Source: a virus | Lineage: Duplodnaviria > Caudoviricetes | Virus record (IMG/VR): IMGVR_UViG_3300017913_002553 | Span: 1 to 27,896 of that record | Direction: 5' to 3' (one strand) | Length of the DNA: 27,896 bases | In this document: one piece after another, positions 1 to 7,848 of the stretch | Layout: each line of letters begins with the position of its first letter | How positions within the stretch are numbered: position 1 is the stretch's first letter | Notes under the pieces: generated by a model | Database searches by the model: none | Seen by the model: the letters and a program-made list of their open reading frames with translations, nothing else | Told to the model about the DNA's origin: nothing | Program-made: the position numbers and the translations under genes

Positions 1-195
1 GGCATATACACCTGAATCATCAAAAACTTCTAAGTTAAACGTTGGAAGTTTATTGAAGAAATCTGTATTGTGCAAATCCATCAAAGTTTTTTCTTTTTCT
101 TTGATAGATTTCCAGTGAGATACTCCGCAGCTGTCAGCCCAAAAACCGAAGAAGTCTGCGATAACGCCGTCCATGTCTAAATAAATGTTTGCCAT
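1..195 (-). CDS. HAD-family 5'(3')-deoxyribonucleotidase-like protein, 3'-truncated by the window edge
   Basis: Not in ORF track. Manual translation from ATG at 195 (TAATG overlap with upstream stop): MANIYLDMDGVIADFFGFWADSCG...DFFNKLP, with HAD motif I DxDGV. Confidence 0.8.
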   Translation of the reverse strand, partial: MANIYLDMDGVIADFFGFWADSCGVSHWKSIKEKEKTLMDLHNTDFFNKLPTFNLEVFDDSGVYA

Positions 196-413
196 TAAGC
201 AGTCTCCTTCTTTACCCAAGTTTCAAAGTTTACACCGGACCAAACATAACCCTGTTCCTTTTTATAAACTTCATACGCTTGAATAACGCTAAGTATTTCG
301 TTTTTGATTTGCATTGGCCCGTCGCCATCAAACCATTCAATCAACTGATCTAAGGTTACACCATAAAATTCAGCACGTTTATTCAAAATTGTCATTGCAC
401 CTTTTATTCTCAT
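195..413 (-). CDS. hypothetical phage protein
   Basis: ORF track 195..428; start moved to MRIKG at 413 (ATGA overlap with upstream stop). Confidence 0.7.
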   Translation of the reverse strand: MRIKGAMTILNKRAEFYGVTLDQLIEWFDGDGPMQIKNEILSVIQAYEVYKKEQGYVWSGVNFETWVKKETA

Positions 414-661
414 TTCTTTGCCCTCCATGCTTCAATAACTGCATTATAAGATGAAGGATTAAGCTGCTCCCATACATCCAATGGTGCGATACCAGATTGG
501 CGCATTTCGCGGTATGATTTAGGAGTAAGACCAGAGTTGATCAAAAACTTTTTGAATTTTGCCTTAGTGAAAGGGCCTCCGGTGTACTTAAACCGAGCAA
601 CAATCTCACCATCATAGCGGAGATATTCTGAGTCGTTTGAGAAGAGTTCTTTGTAAAACAT
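410..661 (-). CDS. hypothetical early phage protein
   Basis: ORF directly behind an early promoter; start at MFYKE (661) follows AAGGA Shine-Dalgarno. Confidence 0.7.
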   Translation of the reverse strand: MFYKELFSNDSEYLRYDGEIVARFKYTGGPFTKAKFKKFLINSGLTPKSYREMRQSGIAPLDVWEQLNPSSYNAVIEAWRAKK

Positions 662-668
662 ATTTAGT

Positions 669-760
669 TCCTTTTCCATTTTATAGATCTATTATACACC
701 ATTTCTTTTGAAAAGTAAACCATTAAATGCACTTTTTTTCACTTTTTTTCACTTTTTTTT
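669..760 (-). promoter_or_regulatory. T4-early/sigma70-type promoter cassette with upstream A-tracts
   Basis: GTTTAC (720-715), 18 nt, TATAAT (696-691), then leader AGATCTATAAAATGGAAAAGGA; three 10-nt A-tract units at 731-760. Confidence 0.85.
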
Positions 761-1426
761 CTATCCAAAGAGCTTTCTTGTATTGTACTCAGAAATTGTA
801 TCTTGTAAAAGCTTGATGTGGTTATCTCGGTGTTCTTTGAAAACAAGAGGTGCTTCATAATCCACATCCATAATAACTACTGTGTTTACAATTGGCATTC
901 CTGTCCGCTCTTCCCACATGACAGCGTACCCTGCCATTTGAGCAAAGTAATTGGATATATTTTCTTTTTTCTTAATTCTTTTGGATGTTTTGAAATCTAT
1001 AATGGAGGGTACACCATCAAATTCTGCCACACAGTCTACTCGACCCGCTACTCCAAGATATTTGCTATATAAAGGAACTTCAAGTCCAAATATTGTACCA
1101 ATTCTTTGATCAAGAATTGGTCTAAGATTTTTTAAGCTGCTTTGAATATGTGGTAAAAATTCGCTAGTATCTTCGTTTTTTAAGTACTTTTCGACAATAC
1201 TATGTACAGAAGTACCGCGACTAGAAGCTCTAAAGCTAATGCTATTAGCGGCCTCTTCTCCCACTCTTGCTCGCCATGCCCTAATAGAATCCTCAGAAAG
1301 GATTGAAAGTACCGTCGTAATAGAAGGATATTTTGCTCCATCGGGGGCGGTGTAGGTTCGCCCCTTCTGAGTTGTGTCAGCCTCTAGGTCATGATACCCT
1401 AGATCGACTGGGTTGTGTATGAACAT
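761..1426 (-). CDS. PD-(D/E)XK exonuclease (T4-like phage PhoH-adjacent type)
   Basis: YPSITTVL, RGTSVH, LEVPLYS, AGRVDCVAEFDG...IIDFKTS, YFAQMAGYA motifs; probable start MFIHN at 1426. Confidence 0.85.
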   Translation of the reverse strand: MFIHNPVDLGYHDLEADTTQKGRTYTAPDGAKYPSITTVLSILSEDSIRAWRARVGEEAANSISFRASSRGTSVHSIVEKYLKNEDTSEFLPHIQSSLKNLRPILDQRIGTIFGLEVPLYSKYLGVAGRVDCVAEFDGVPSIIDFKTSKRIKKKENISNYFAQMAGYAVMWEERTGMPIVNTVVIMDVDYEAPLVFKEHRDNHIKLLQDTISEYNTRKLFG

Positions 1427-1535
1427 ATTTTTCACTTCCGCATTTTTTAATTTTAGGCAATTTTCCTTCAATCACCTGAGATTTGTGTCTACCTTTTTTC
1501 TTATTCCTGGCATCGAATCTGGTAAACTTTGCCAT
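1389..1535 (-). CDS. small basic hypothetical protein (48 aa, MAKFTRFDARNKKKGRHK...)
   Basis: Manual translation; GAGG SD upstream of ATG; fills the gap between lysozyme and exonuclease. Confidence 0.55.
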   Translation of the reverse strand: MAKFTRFDARNKKKGRHKSQVIEGKLPKIKKCGSEKYVHTQPSRSRVS

Positions 1536-1658
1536 GTTACTTACCTCAACTATACTTATTTGGAAATATTAGTGCTCGGTCTCTACGGCCCATTTTTTTC
1601 CCACGGTCGGGTCTTTTTGCTGATGGGCCTTTTAGTGACCTATTTGCGCGTATTTCAT

Positions 1659-2216
1659 CTAGCCATTCAAAGTTTTTTTTTGATTGTCAGGCTCGATAAA
1701 CAGTTCAGCATCACGCCAAACCTGGTTAACTCGTCTTGTCCAACCTTTACCAAAGGTTTCAAAATGAGATAAACTTTTTAAGAAATTCATACGCTTTGTT
1801 AGCAAGCGATCAACCAATTCAAGCGCACCATGCTCTTCTACAAAAGCATCAACTGCAGCAATAGTCATTGGACCAATGCCGCCATCAACAGTTGTTTCTA
1901 CCACTTCTTGTAAGTGGCGTGCAGCTCTACCACCGCCGCTATTTACAGCATAGTCAAACACTGCATAGTCAACACCGACCGGTAAGTCATTGCCTCGAAC
2001 AAGATTCCAATAGTTGGTGCGATATAATTCTTTTACATCTTCAACTGTTAAAGTCTTCATTTCTTCTTTACTAACATCCCTACCAACAAAATCTTCATAG
2101 ACTTTTTTGGTAACTCCTAAATTTGTTGCGCCGCCTGGATCTTTCGGATGGTCAACATAACCACCTTCATGACTTAAAACTTGTTTAAGCGCGCGTTCCC
2201 AACTTTCTGCTGCCAT
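1659..2216 (-). CDS. glycoside hydrolase family 108 lysozyme with C-terminal peptidoglycan-binding region
   Basis: HEGGYVDHPKDPGGATNLGVT, FDYAVNSG, DGGIGPMT, FGKGWTRRV motifs. Confidence 0.9.
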   Translation of the reverse strand: MAAESWERALKQVLSHEGGYVDHPKDPGGATNLGVTKKVYEDFVGRDVSKEEMKTLTVEDVKELYRTNYWNLVRGNDLPVGVDYAVFDYAVNSGGGRAARHLQEVVETTVDGGIGPMTIAAVDAFVEEHGALELVDRLLTKRMNFLKSLSHFETFGKGWTRRVNQVWRDAELFIEPDNQKKTLNG

Positions 2217-2225
2217 GTTTGTCTC

Positions 2226-2921
2226 CTAATAACCTAGCATTTCTTTTGTCATAATATAGTCTCGAACAAAATCTGATCTTACGATATCGTCCCAGCCAAA
2301 ATTTACGACAGTAAAATTATTTAATCTTTCTACAATGTTAAGGAATTGAAGAATACCATCCTTCTCATCCTGATACTTAAAATCTGTCTGGCGATAGTCA
2401 CCAGAAAATATAATTCTGCAGTTATTACCAACACGAGTTATAATAGAATCAAGTTCATGAAAGTTCATGTTTTGCATTTCATCTACAATAATAACTGCAT
2501 TGTCATACGTAATACCGCGAATAAATGATGTAGATTCAAATTCAACAAGTTTACTATTAATTAACTTGTTATATCCGGCTAAATCGCCAAGAACTTCAGA
2601 AAAAATAGCTCTATACGGTGCTGAAAAAACATCCTTTTTTTCATCGGCTGAGCCTGGTAAAAATCCCATTTCTCTTACAGGCACAACAGATCTTACTATA
2701 ACAAGCTTTTGGTATTCTTTTTCAAGAACAGCCTCTAGCCCTAAATAACATGCTATAAAGGTTTTACCTGTTCCGGCACTGCCAGCTAAAACTAAGTTAT
2801 CACCATCATCCCAAGAAGCAAAAGCTTCTTCTTGGTTTTTTGTGATTGGATCAAATTCATATAAATCACTTACGCGTACAGTAGCTCCACTGTTGCTACC
2901 TCTGCCTTCTCTTGGTTTCAT
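2226..2921 (-). CDS. phoH: PhoH-family ATPase
   Basis: GSAGTGKT Walker A, GFLPG, FIRGITY, IVDEMQN, GDYRQTD, DIVRS. Confidence 0.95.
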   Translation of the reverse strand: MKPREGRGSNSGATVRVSDLYEFDPITKNQEEAFASWDDGDNLVLAGSAGTGKTFIACYLGLEAVLEKEYQKLVIVRSVVPVREMGFLPGSADEKKDVFSAPYRAIFSEVLGDLAGYNKLINSKLVEFESTSFIRGITYDNAVIIVDEMQNMNFHELDSIITRVGNNCRIIFSGDYRQTDFKYQDEKDGILQFLNIVERLNNFTVVNFGWDDIVRSDFVRDYIMTKEMLGY

Positions 2922-2928
2922 TATTGCC

Positions 2929-3168
2929 TCAATATGTTTTTACGTTTGTGCCAGAGCCGTTATTGTCTTTAATATTTTTTAGATGCTGTCTCCAATCTTC
3001 ACTTGTTCTAGCAAGCGTTTCTTTAGCTTGACTCACAGTTCCTGGAGGTGATGTAATCCTTTGTTCTAAGTGTGGATTATTTTTACTAAATGCATCCTTC
3101 TCAGCAATTTTCATACTATGTGTTTCCATTTCACCTGTTTCGGTGTTATAGAATGAGTAATTAGGCAT
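2929..3168 (-). CDS. FmdB-like small protein typical upstream of phoH in T4-like phages
   Basis: MPNYSFYNTETGE N-terminus, GGAG SD, gene position; no Cys ligands. Confidence 0.6.
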   Translation of the reverse strand: MPNYSFYNTETGEMETHSMKIAEKDAFSKNNPHLEQRITSPPGTVSQAKETLARTSEDWRQHLKNIKDNNGSGTNVKTY

Positions 3169-3184
3169 AATAACTCCAAATTAT

Positions 3185-3192
3185 TATATATA
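3185..3192 (-). promoter_or_regulatory. putative late promoter variant TATATATA
   Basis: Intergenic, 1 mismatch to T4 late TATAAATA, about 16 nt before the start at 3168. Confidence 0.45.
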
Positions 3193-3196
3193 AGTG

Positions 3197-3901
3197 TTAG
3201 CTTTCTTGACTTTGTAATTGGCCATAAGTATCTTTCCAGCTTGTGACCATAATAGACTGAGAACCAGGGCGATTCTTAATAGCTTGAGCCAATGGAAAAT
3301 CATTCCCACCGGCTTCCATCTTATCGCCATAGAACGTAATAGGACCATTCATGAATCCAGCGATTTGAGCCTTATCATCGCAGTTTCTCATAATATCTAT
3401 ACCTGTGGCACCTGCGACCTGAGCTCTAACTCCCAAATGCCGGAACTGTTGATTGAAAAGCTCCGCGATTGTTTCACGTTCTTTATTTACTTCATCAAAC
3501 TCTTCATATGCTTTTCTTTGTTCCATATTGGCGCCACGACCAACAACAGAGAAGTTAGTCATACCAGTTCTATGTTCAATATGTTGTCCAGTGCGCTCAG
3601 GGAACTGTGATGAATAGATATACGGCTCAAGGAACTCGATGCACACGGTGGGCAGTGTCCAATCTGACTCTCTTATAATCTCTCCCTTGTGAACTATCTG
3701 ATTGCCAGCACAGCAATATACTTCTTTACATGCATGCAAGATTTCTTCAGGAACTTGCTCAGCTGTTTTAGGATAGTCTGAGCCAGTTGCAAGGTAAACC
3801 TTTTTGTCTTTCATCCACTCAATAAAGAATGAAGCAAACCCTTCATCCATACTTTGACGGCTAGGGGTAAGTGTGCCGTCTACATCAAAGATATAATTCA
3901 C
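3197..3901 (-). CDS. HAD-IIB phosphomannomutase (eukaryotic-type PMM family)
   Basis: FDVDGTLTPSRQ, TGSD, IEHRTGMTNFSVVGR, FYGDKMEAGGNDFPL; GTG start overlapping the upstream TGA. Confidence 0.85.
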   Translation of the reverse strand: MNYIFDVDGTLTPSRQSMDEGFASFFIEWMKDKKVYLATGSDYPKTAEQVPEEILHACKEVYCCAGNQIVHKGEIIRESDWTLPTVCIEFLEPYIYSSQFPERTGQHIEHRTGMTNFSVVGRGANMEQRKAYEEFDEVNKERETIAELFNQQFRHLGVRAQVAGATGIDIMRNCDDKAQIAGFMNGPITFYGDKMEAGGNDFPLAQAIKNRPGSQSIMVTSWKDTYGQLQSQES

Positions 3902-4461
3902 GCGCAAATCCTTTCAAACCATGATGGCTGGTCACGTTTAGTCCATACCATATTGAATCTTTCTTGTTTAGTTTGATAGAATGCTTGATAAGCTTTGACA
4001 GGATCGCCAAGAGCAATACATTCAGGATTAGATTTCATAGCAAGCTTGAATTCGGTTAGATTGCCATACGGAATATTCAAAGGTAGTGTTGATAAAATAT
4101 CACGTAACTCACGATCAGTCTTATGTATCTTACCATAGCGATATGTATATTCGTCGCAAAGAGCAGTAAAGTGAGCGTAGTGCCACTTGTAATTTTCTGA
4201 GCTTTCCATTGTCCATACAGTACAAGGATGACCCATATGTACAGCTTTGTAAAGCATGGATTCAAAATGATTGTTGCCAAGCTTCCAGTATTTAACCATA
4301 GTCTTACCAGATTTTGATGGCCTACGTTCTTGGACGCCATCAAGCATACGATGAGCCGTTGATAACATTTGGCCAGATTCAACAATCATTTTAGGTACGT
4401 GTTTGTCACACTGCTGTTGAGCAGCAACTACCGGATCGGTGTCAAGGATGAATAGATTCAT
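3898..4461 (-). CDS. pyrimidine-dimer DNA glycosylase / endonuclease V-like protein
   Basis: MNLFILD...AAQQQCDKHVPKMIVESGQMLSTAH, HPCTVW, EYTYRYGKIH. Confidence 0.75.
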   Translation of the reverse strand: MNLFILDTDPVVAAQQQCDKHVPKMIVESGQMLSTAHRMLDGVQERRPSKSGKTMVKYWKLGNNHFESMLYKAVHMGHPCTVWTMESSENYKWHYAHFTALCDEYTYRYGKIHKTDRELRDILSTLPLNIPYGNLTEFKLAMKSNPECIALGDPVKAYQAFYQTKQERFNMVWTKRDQPSWFERICA

Positions 4462-4468
4462 AATAAAA

Positions 4469-4517
4469 CTCCCATAATCATAGTATTATTATACCAAATT
4501 ATGGGAGCTTTGTAAAC
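4469..4517 (-). promoter_or_regulatory. early promoter nested in a 10-bp inverted repeat
   Basis: GTTTAC (4517-4512), 18 nt, TATAAT (4493-4488); arms CTCCCATAAT (4507-4498) and ATTATGGGAG (4478-4469). Confidence 0.8.
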
Positions 4518-4521
4518 CATT

Positions 4522-4680
4522 TTATGCTGATAGTGCCTCCTGAAGGTGTGCCTTTAGATATTCTTTCTTTTGTGATACTTTTTTCAGTAAATCGTTTTTT
4601 CCTTTTTTACGAAGTTTATGTTCATATTCTTCAAGATTTTTAATGTCTTTTCTTAAACGTTCAAACTGAATAATAGGCAT
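4522..4680 (-). CDS. small basic helical hypothetical protein (52 aa, MPIIQFERLRKDIKNLEEY...)
   Basis: Manual translation; strong AAGGAG SD. Confidence 0.7.
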   Translation of the reverse strand: MPIIQFERLRKDIKNLEEYEHKLRKKGKNDLLKKVSQKKEYLKAHLQEALSA

Positions 4681-4696
4681 CTTTACTCCTTAAAGT

Positions 4697-4740
4697 AAAA
4701 ATGCACCGTCCCTCCAGAAAACCGGAAGAATGATGCATTT
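4697..4740 (-). terminator. long hairpin followed by U-tract, putative intrinsic terminator
   Basis: AAATGCATCATTCTTCCGG-TTTT-CTGGAGGGACGGTGCATTTTT pairs with G-U wobbles and one mismatch. Confidence 0.6.
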
Positions 4741-4763
4741 GATTTGAGGTTGGCAACACGGAT

Positions 4764-5183
4764 TTAATTCTGTTCAGGCGTACATAATCCTGGAAATGCC
4801 TCATCTATAACTGCACGGCTAATGCCGTTAATAGGTTCTTTGTTAATCATGCTAATAACTAACTCCGCGTCTAATGGGTGAACTCCTTCAAGAATTTCAA
4901 TGAATATTCTTTCCCGCTTAGCCTTCATCATGTCAGGACCACCAACAACAAAATAGCCAAATTTCTTATTTTCTCTAAGAAGATTTGACGGTGCTGCATG
5001 TGCTGGTGCTGGACGATATGGAGGTTTTCCTGCTGGAAGATTCCATCTAATCTTTTGGTCGTATGTTCCTCTTAAAATGTCTCTAAGAGCCGGTGAATTA
5101 TTTTCTTGTAAAACTTGTATTTTTTCTGCCTTCGTACGTTTTTTTGAAGCAGAATCAATAATCTCATGAATCATCAAATTCAT
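4764..5183 (-). CDS. conserved T4-like hypothetical protein downstream of RNase H
   Basis: W.LP.G.PPY, KRE.IFI.ILEG.HP..AEL motifs recalled from marine T4-like phages. Confidence 0.7.
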   Translation of the reverse strand: MNLMIHEIIDSASKKRTKAEKIQVLQENNSPALRDILRGTYDQKIRWNLPAGKPPYRPAPAHAAPSNLLRENKKFGYFVVGGPDMMKAKRERIFIEILEGVHPLDAELVISMINKEPINGISRAVIDEAFPGLCTPEQN

Positions 5184-5186
5184 AAT

Positions 5187-6041
5187 CTAAATAAACTCCT
5201 CTACAGATTCTAGAAGAAGTTTAAGCTTCTTCTCAACTAAATAAGGAAACACTTTACCTTTGTTTTTCCAAGGATCCTGTTCCTTAAATGTATTTATAAT
5301 TTTTTCGACTACAGGCTTAGGTGTTTCTTTAAGATCAATTAGCTGTTTATTGCGGCAGTAATTACGATACCATGAAGCTGCATATAACAACTCACCGTCT
5401 TCAATGTCAGCCATAATGGCTTCTTTCTTTTTCTTAGTTAATGGAGTTTGTCTACGGCCTTCAACAAAACAATCGTCATCCGAAAGAACATTAGGTACAC
5501 CATCTGAACCATCGCCAGATAAGATCAAATTCATAAGCTGATAACGTGGATTTTCTTCAACAATAAACTTTTTAGTCATAGGAGAATATTGTTTAACATT
5601 AGACAAGGTTTGTAATTGAGCAAAATCCTTATCAGCAGAAATAATCATTACTGGTTCATATTCACCAAATTCTTGAGTGTTATACGCAATGTGTGCGATA
5701 GCATCATCGGCTTCACATTCCCATACATGAACTACTTTATATGGAAAATTTTCTTTAATTTCTTCACGTACATTATTGATAATACGAAAGATTTCATTCC
5801 AATCTAAGCTAGATTCTTCACGACCTTCACGGCGCTTGTACTTATATTGAGGAAATACGTCTTTGCGCCAGTTGGCACCACCATCAGCAACAATAACAAC
5901 TTCGCCATATTCTTTATGGAAGCGTTTACGATACATACGTATAGAATTAAGAATCATATGACGAATTAAGTTTTCGTCAATGTCTAATTTTTGAGTAATG
6001 ATGTTGCCAATAGCAATGGCGTTGTAGTCAATAAGAATCAT
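5187..6041 (-). CDS. rnh: T4-type RNase H (5'-3' exonuclease / flap endonuclease)
   Basis: MILID, NWRK..FPQYK..R, EADDAI, ISADKDFAQL, GDGSDGVPN. Confidence 0.95.
   Translation of the reverse strand: MILIDYNAIAIGNIITQKLDIDENLIRHMILNSIRMYRKRFHKEYGEVVIVADGGANWRKDVFPQYKYKRREGREESSLDWNEIFRIINNVREEIKENFPYKVVHVWECEADDAIAHIAYNTQEFGEYEPVMIISADKDFAQLQTLSNVKQYSPMTKKFIVEENPRYQLMNLILSGDGSDGVPNVLSDDDCFVEGRRQTPLTKKKKEAIMADIEDGELLYAASWYRNYCRNKQLIDLKETPKPVVEKIINTFKEQDPWKNKGKVFPYLVEKKLKLLLESVEEFI
5291..5298 (-). promoter_or_regulatory. T4 late promoter consensus TATAAATA inside the 3' end of rnh
   Basis: Exact match, about 110 nt upstream of the next gene; chance match possible in AT-rich DNA. Confidence 0.45.
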
Positions 6042-6049
6042 AATTTAAG

Positions 6050-6101
6050 CCTTTTTCCATTTTATAGATTTATTATACCACAGTTTTCTTAAAAAGTAAA
6101 C
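6050..6101 (-). promoter_or_regulatory. early promoter cassette for rnh
   Basis: GTTTAC (6101-6096), 18 nt, TATAAT (6077-6072) preceded by TGTGG; leader TCTATAAAATGGAAAAAGG. Confidence 0.85.
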
Positions 6102-6103
6102 CA

Positions 6104-6790
6104 TTAAAATGATTCTTTTGGTCTATAAAATGAAATAAGTGAATATCGAGGGCCTTCTCCAGTTCCCATAATCGTTCCATGAAACAGCTTACCGTTATAA
6201 ACGTATAAGCTATTGTACTCACAAGTCAGAGTATGATAATGTTCATAATCATCGCCTGACCAATGATTTTGCCATGATGAAATTTTATTTGTGTTTAGCT
6301 TTTGGTCAGGAGTTCCATCATAATCTCTACTATCATAAAATCCTTTGTATGTGTAAAGCCCGGTTCCTTCGGTCCATTTACACAACCAAAGATTAAACAC
6401 CATATCGTGATCTGTATGAGGGTGCCAAGAGCCTTCCCAGCATTTGGTATCTTTGTCTACTACATTTGATGAAGTAATGAATGAGGCAGGATTATATTGA
6501 TCTCCTGTTATAGCTTCTCCTATAGCAGCATAAGCCTTTACAAGAGGTGCAACATCAATTGGTGTGAAGTTTTGCCTTCCACCTGGCGTGTATGTGTAAT
6601 TTGGTGGAATAAGCACTGGCCAGTTTTGCAAGTATTCAATAGCCTTTTCAGGATGTTTGAATACGTTTTTAATTTTCCAATAAAATTGGCCATGTACTTC
6701 ATGCTCTTCAAGCTCTGGATTTTCATTTATTTGTAAAGCAAAATCAACGCTGTTTCGAGTAACATACTTAAAGCTTGACATGTTTTGCAT
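6104..6790 (-). CDS. 2OG-Fe(II) oxygenase-like protein
   Basis: HxD (PHTD), GTGLY, YNSLYVY..KLFHG distal His, RYSL Arg. Confidence 0.7.
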   Translation of the reverse strand: MQNMSSFKYVTRNSVDFALQINENPELEEHEVHGQFYWKIKNVFKHPEKAIEYLQNWPVLIPPNYTYTPGGRQNFTPIDVAPLVKAYAAIGEAITGDQYNPASFITSSNVVDKDTKCWEGSWHPHTDHDMVFNLWLCKWTEGTGLYTYKGFYDSRDYDGTPDQKLNTNKISSWQNHWSGDDYEHYHTLTCEYNSLYVYNGKLFHGTIMGTGEGPRYSLISFYRPKESF

Positions 6791-7169
6791 GTATTTTACA
6801 TCCTATAAATTCATTATAATATTCATCGGAAAATAAGACATCTCTATCAAATTGTTCCTTTGCTTCAAAGTAAGACATTTCACCTTTAGTCTTACATAGT
6901 CTTAAGATTTCTCTTTTGAAACCGTCAATACCTTGTTCTTCGACGAGGTTCTGAACTGTAACGGAGCTTCCGCAGTAGGTTCTCCAATCAGACTCAACAC
7001 GAGTCTTGACCCTCCTTTTACGGGTTTTCGTGATAGGCAAAGTCTTGGGTTTCCAGAAATTCTTTTTGCCAATGTATTTTTTACCTGTATCTACTTCTGT
7101 AATTAAATAGACAAACCCTTGATATTCTTCAGGCGTTTCATCGAATGTTTTGTTTTTATATAACCACAT
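6768..7169 (-). CDS. GIY-YIG-family small endonuclease-like protein
   Basis: GFVYLITEVDTGKKYIGKK, Y.GSS, FKREIL, YYN. Confidence 0.8.
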   Translation of the reverse strand: MWLYKNKTFDETPEEYQGFVYLITEVDTGKKYIGKKNFWKPKTLPITKTRKRRVKTRVESDWRTYCGSSVTVQNLVEEQGIDGFKREILRLCKTKGEMSYFEAKEQFDRDVLFSDEYYNEFIGCKIHAKHVKL

Positions 7170-7179
7170 GAGTTATATA

Positions 7180-7848
7180 TCATGGATAATAAACTAACTC
7201 AAAAGTTCCATCTAAATGTTCAACAATTGCGGTACAATTTTTTTTCCAATCGCCGCAATTCATATAAGAATCTTCCATTTTAGGGAAATGCGTATGTCCA
7301 CATATAACGGCATCGTATTTCCCTTTAATGTGCTTTTTAATTAGTTTTTCCGTCATTGATGTTCGAGCAACTCTTTTAATCGTTGAACTTGACTCTTCAG
7401 AAACTTCTGCCCAATCAGTAAATTTTCCTAAAAAATTAATAAACCAAGTTGGAATATATCTTATCCAATCCCACCTATCACCGTGCACAACAAAAATATT
7501 TTTTCCACTGACGCTTGTATAAGTGCAAGAATCTACAATGTGAAGGTTACCAAAGCTAAAATCATATTTGAAAAAAGGCCTGACAAACTCGTCATGATTG
7601 CCTGCTATATAAGTAACAGTGGACTTTTCTGAAATTTTTAATATTCTTCGAATGATCTCAGTCTGGTCAATAGACCAAAAGTGATTTCTTTGTAAAGCCC
7701 AGCCATCAATTATATCACCGACTAAGTATAAATTTTCTGTTTCAAAAGACTTCAAAAATTTTAATAGCCGTTTGGCCTTACAGCCTTTTGTCCCTAAGTG
7801 CACGTCTGATATAAAAACAGCTTTGTATTTATTCATCGTCTTCTTCAT
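7180..7848 (-). CDS. LpxH-like (UDP-2,3-diacylglucosamine hydrolase) calcineurin-type metallophosphoesterase
   Basis: FISDVHLG, LVGDIIDGW, GNHDE, HGD, GHTH, NCGDW; start may be 7836. Confidence 0.85.
   Translation of the reverse strand: MKKTMNKYKAVFISDVHLGTKGCKAKRLLKFLKSFETENLYLVGDIIDGWALQRNHFWSIDQTEIIRRILKISEKSTVTYIAGNHDEFVRPFFKYDFSFGNLHIVDSCTYTSVSGKNIFVVHGDRWDWIRYIPTWFINFLGKFTDWAEVSEESSSTIKRVARTSMTEKLIKKHIKGKYDAVICGHTHFPKMEDSYMNCGDWKKNCTAIVEHLDGTFELVYYP

Noticed and set aside
1426-1535. Frameshift fusion of the 48-aa ORF to the exonuclease at the A6 run near 1443-1448
   Set aside because: The run is short and the exonuclease looks complete from its own ATG at 1426; cannot be excluded without reads
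1560-1660. tRNA or named ncRNA in the GC-rich gap after the lysozyme
   Set aside because: No cloverleaf or T-loop; better explained by the open -1 reading frame
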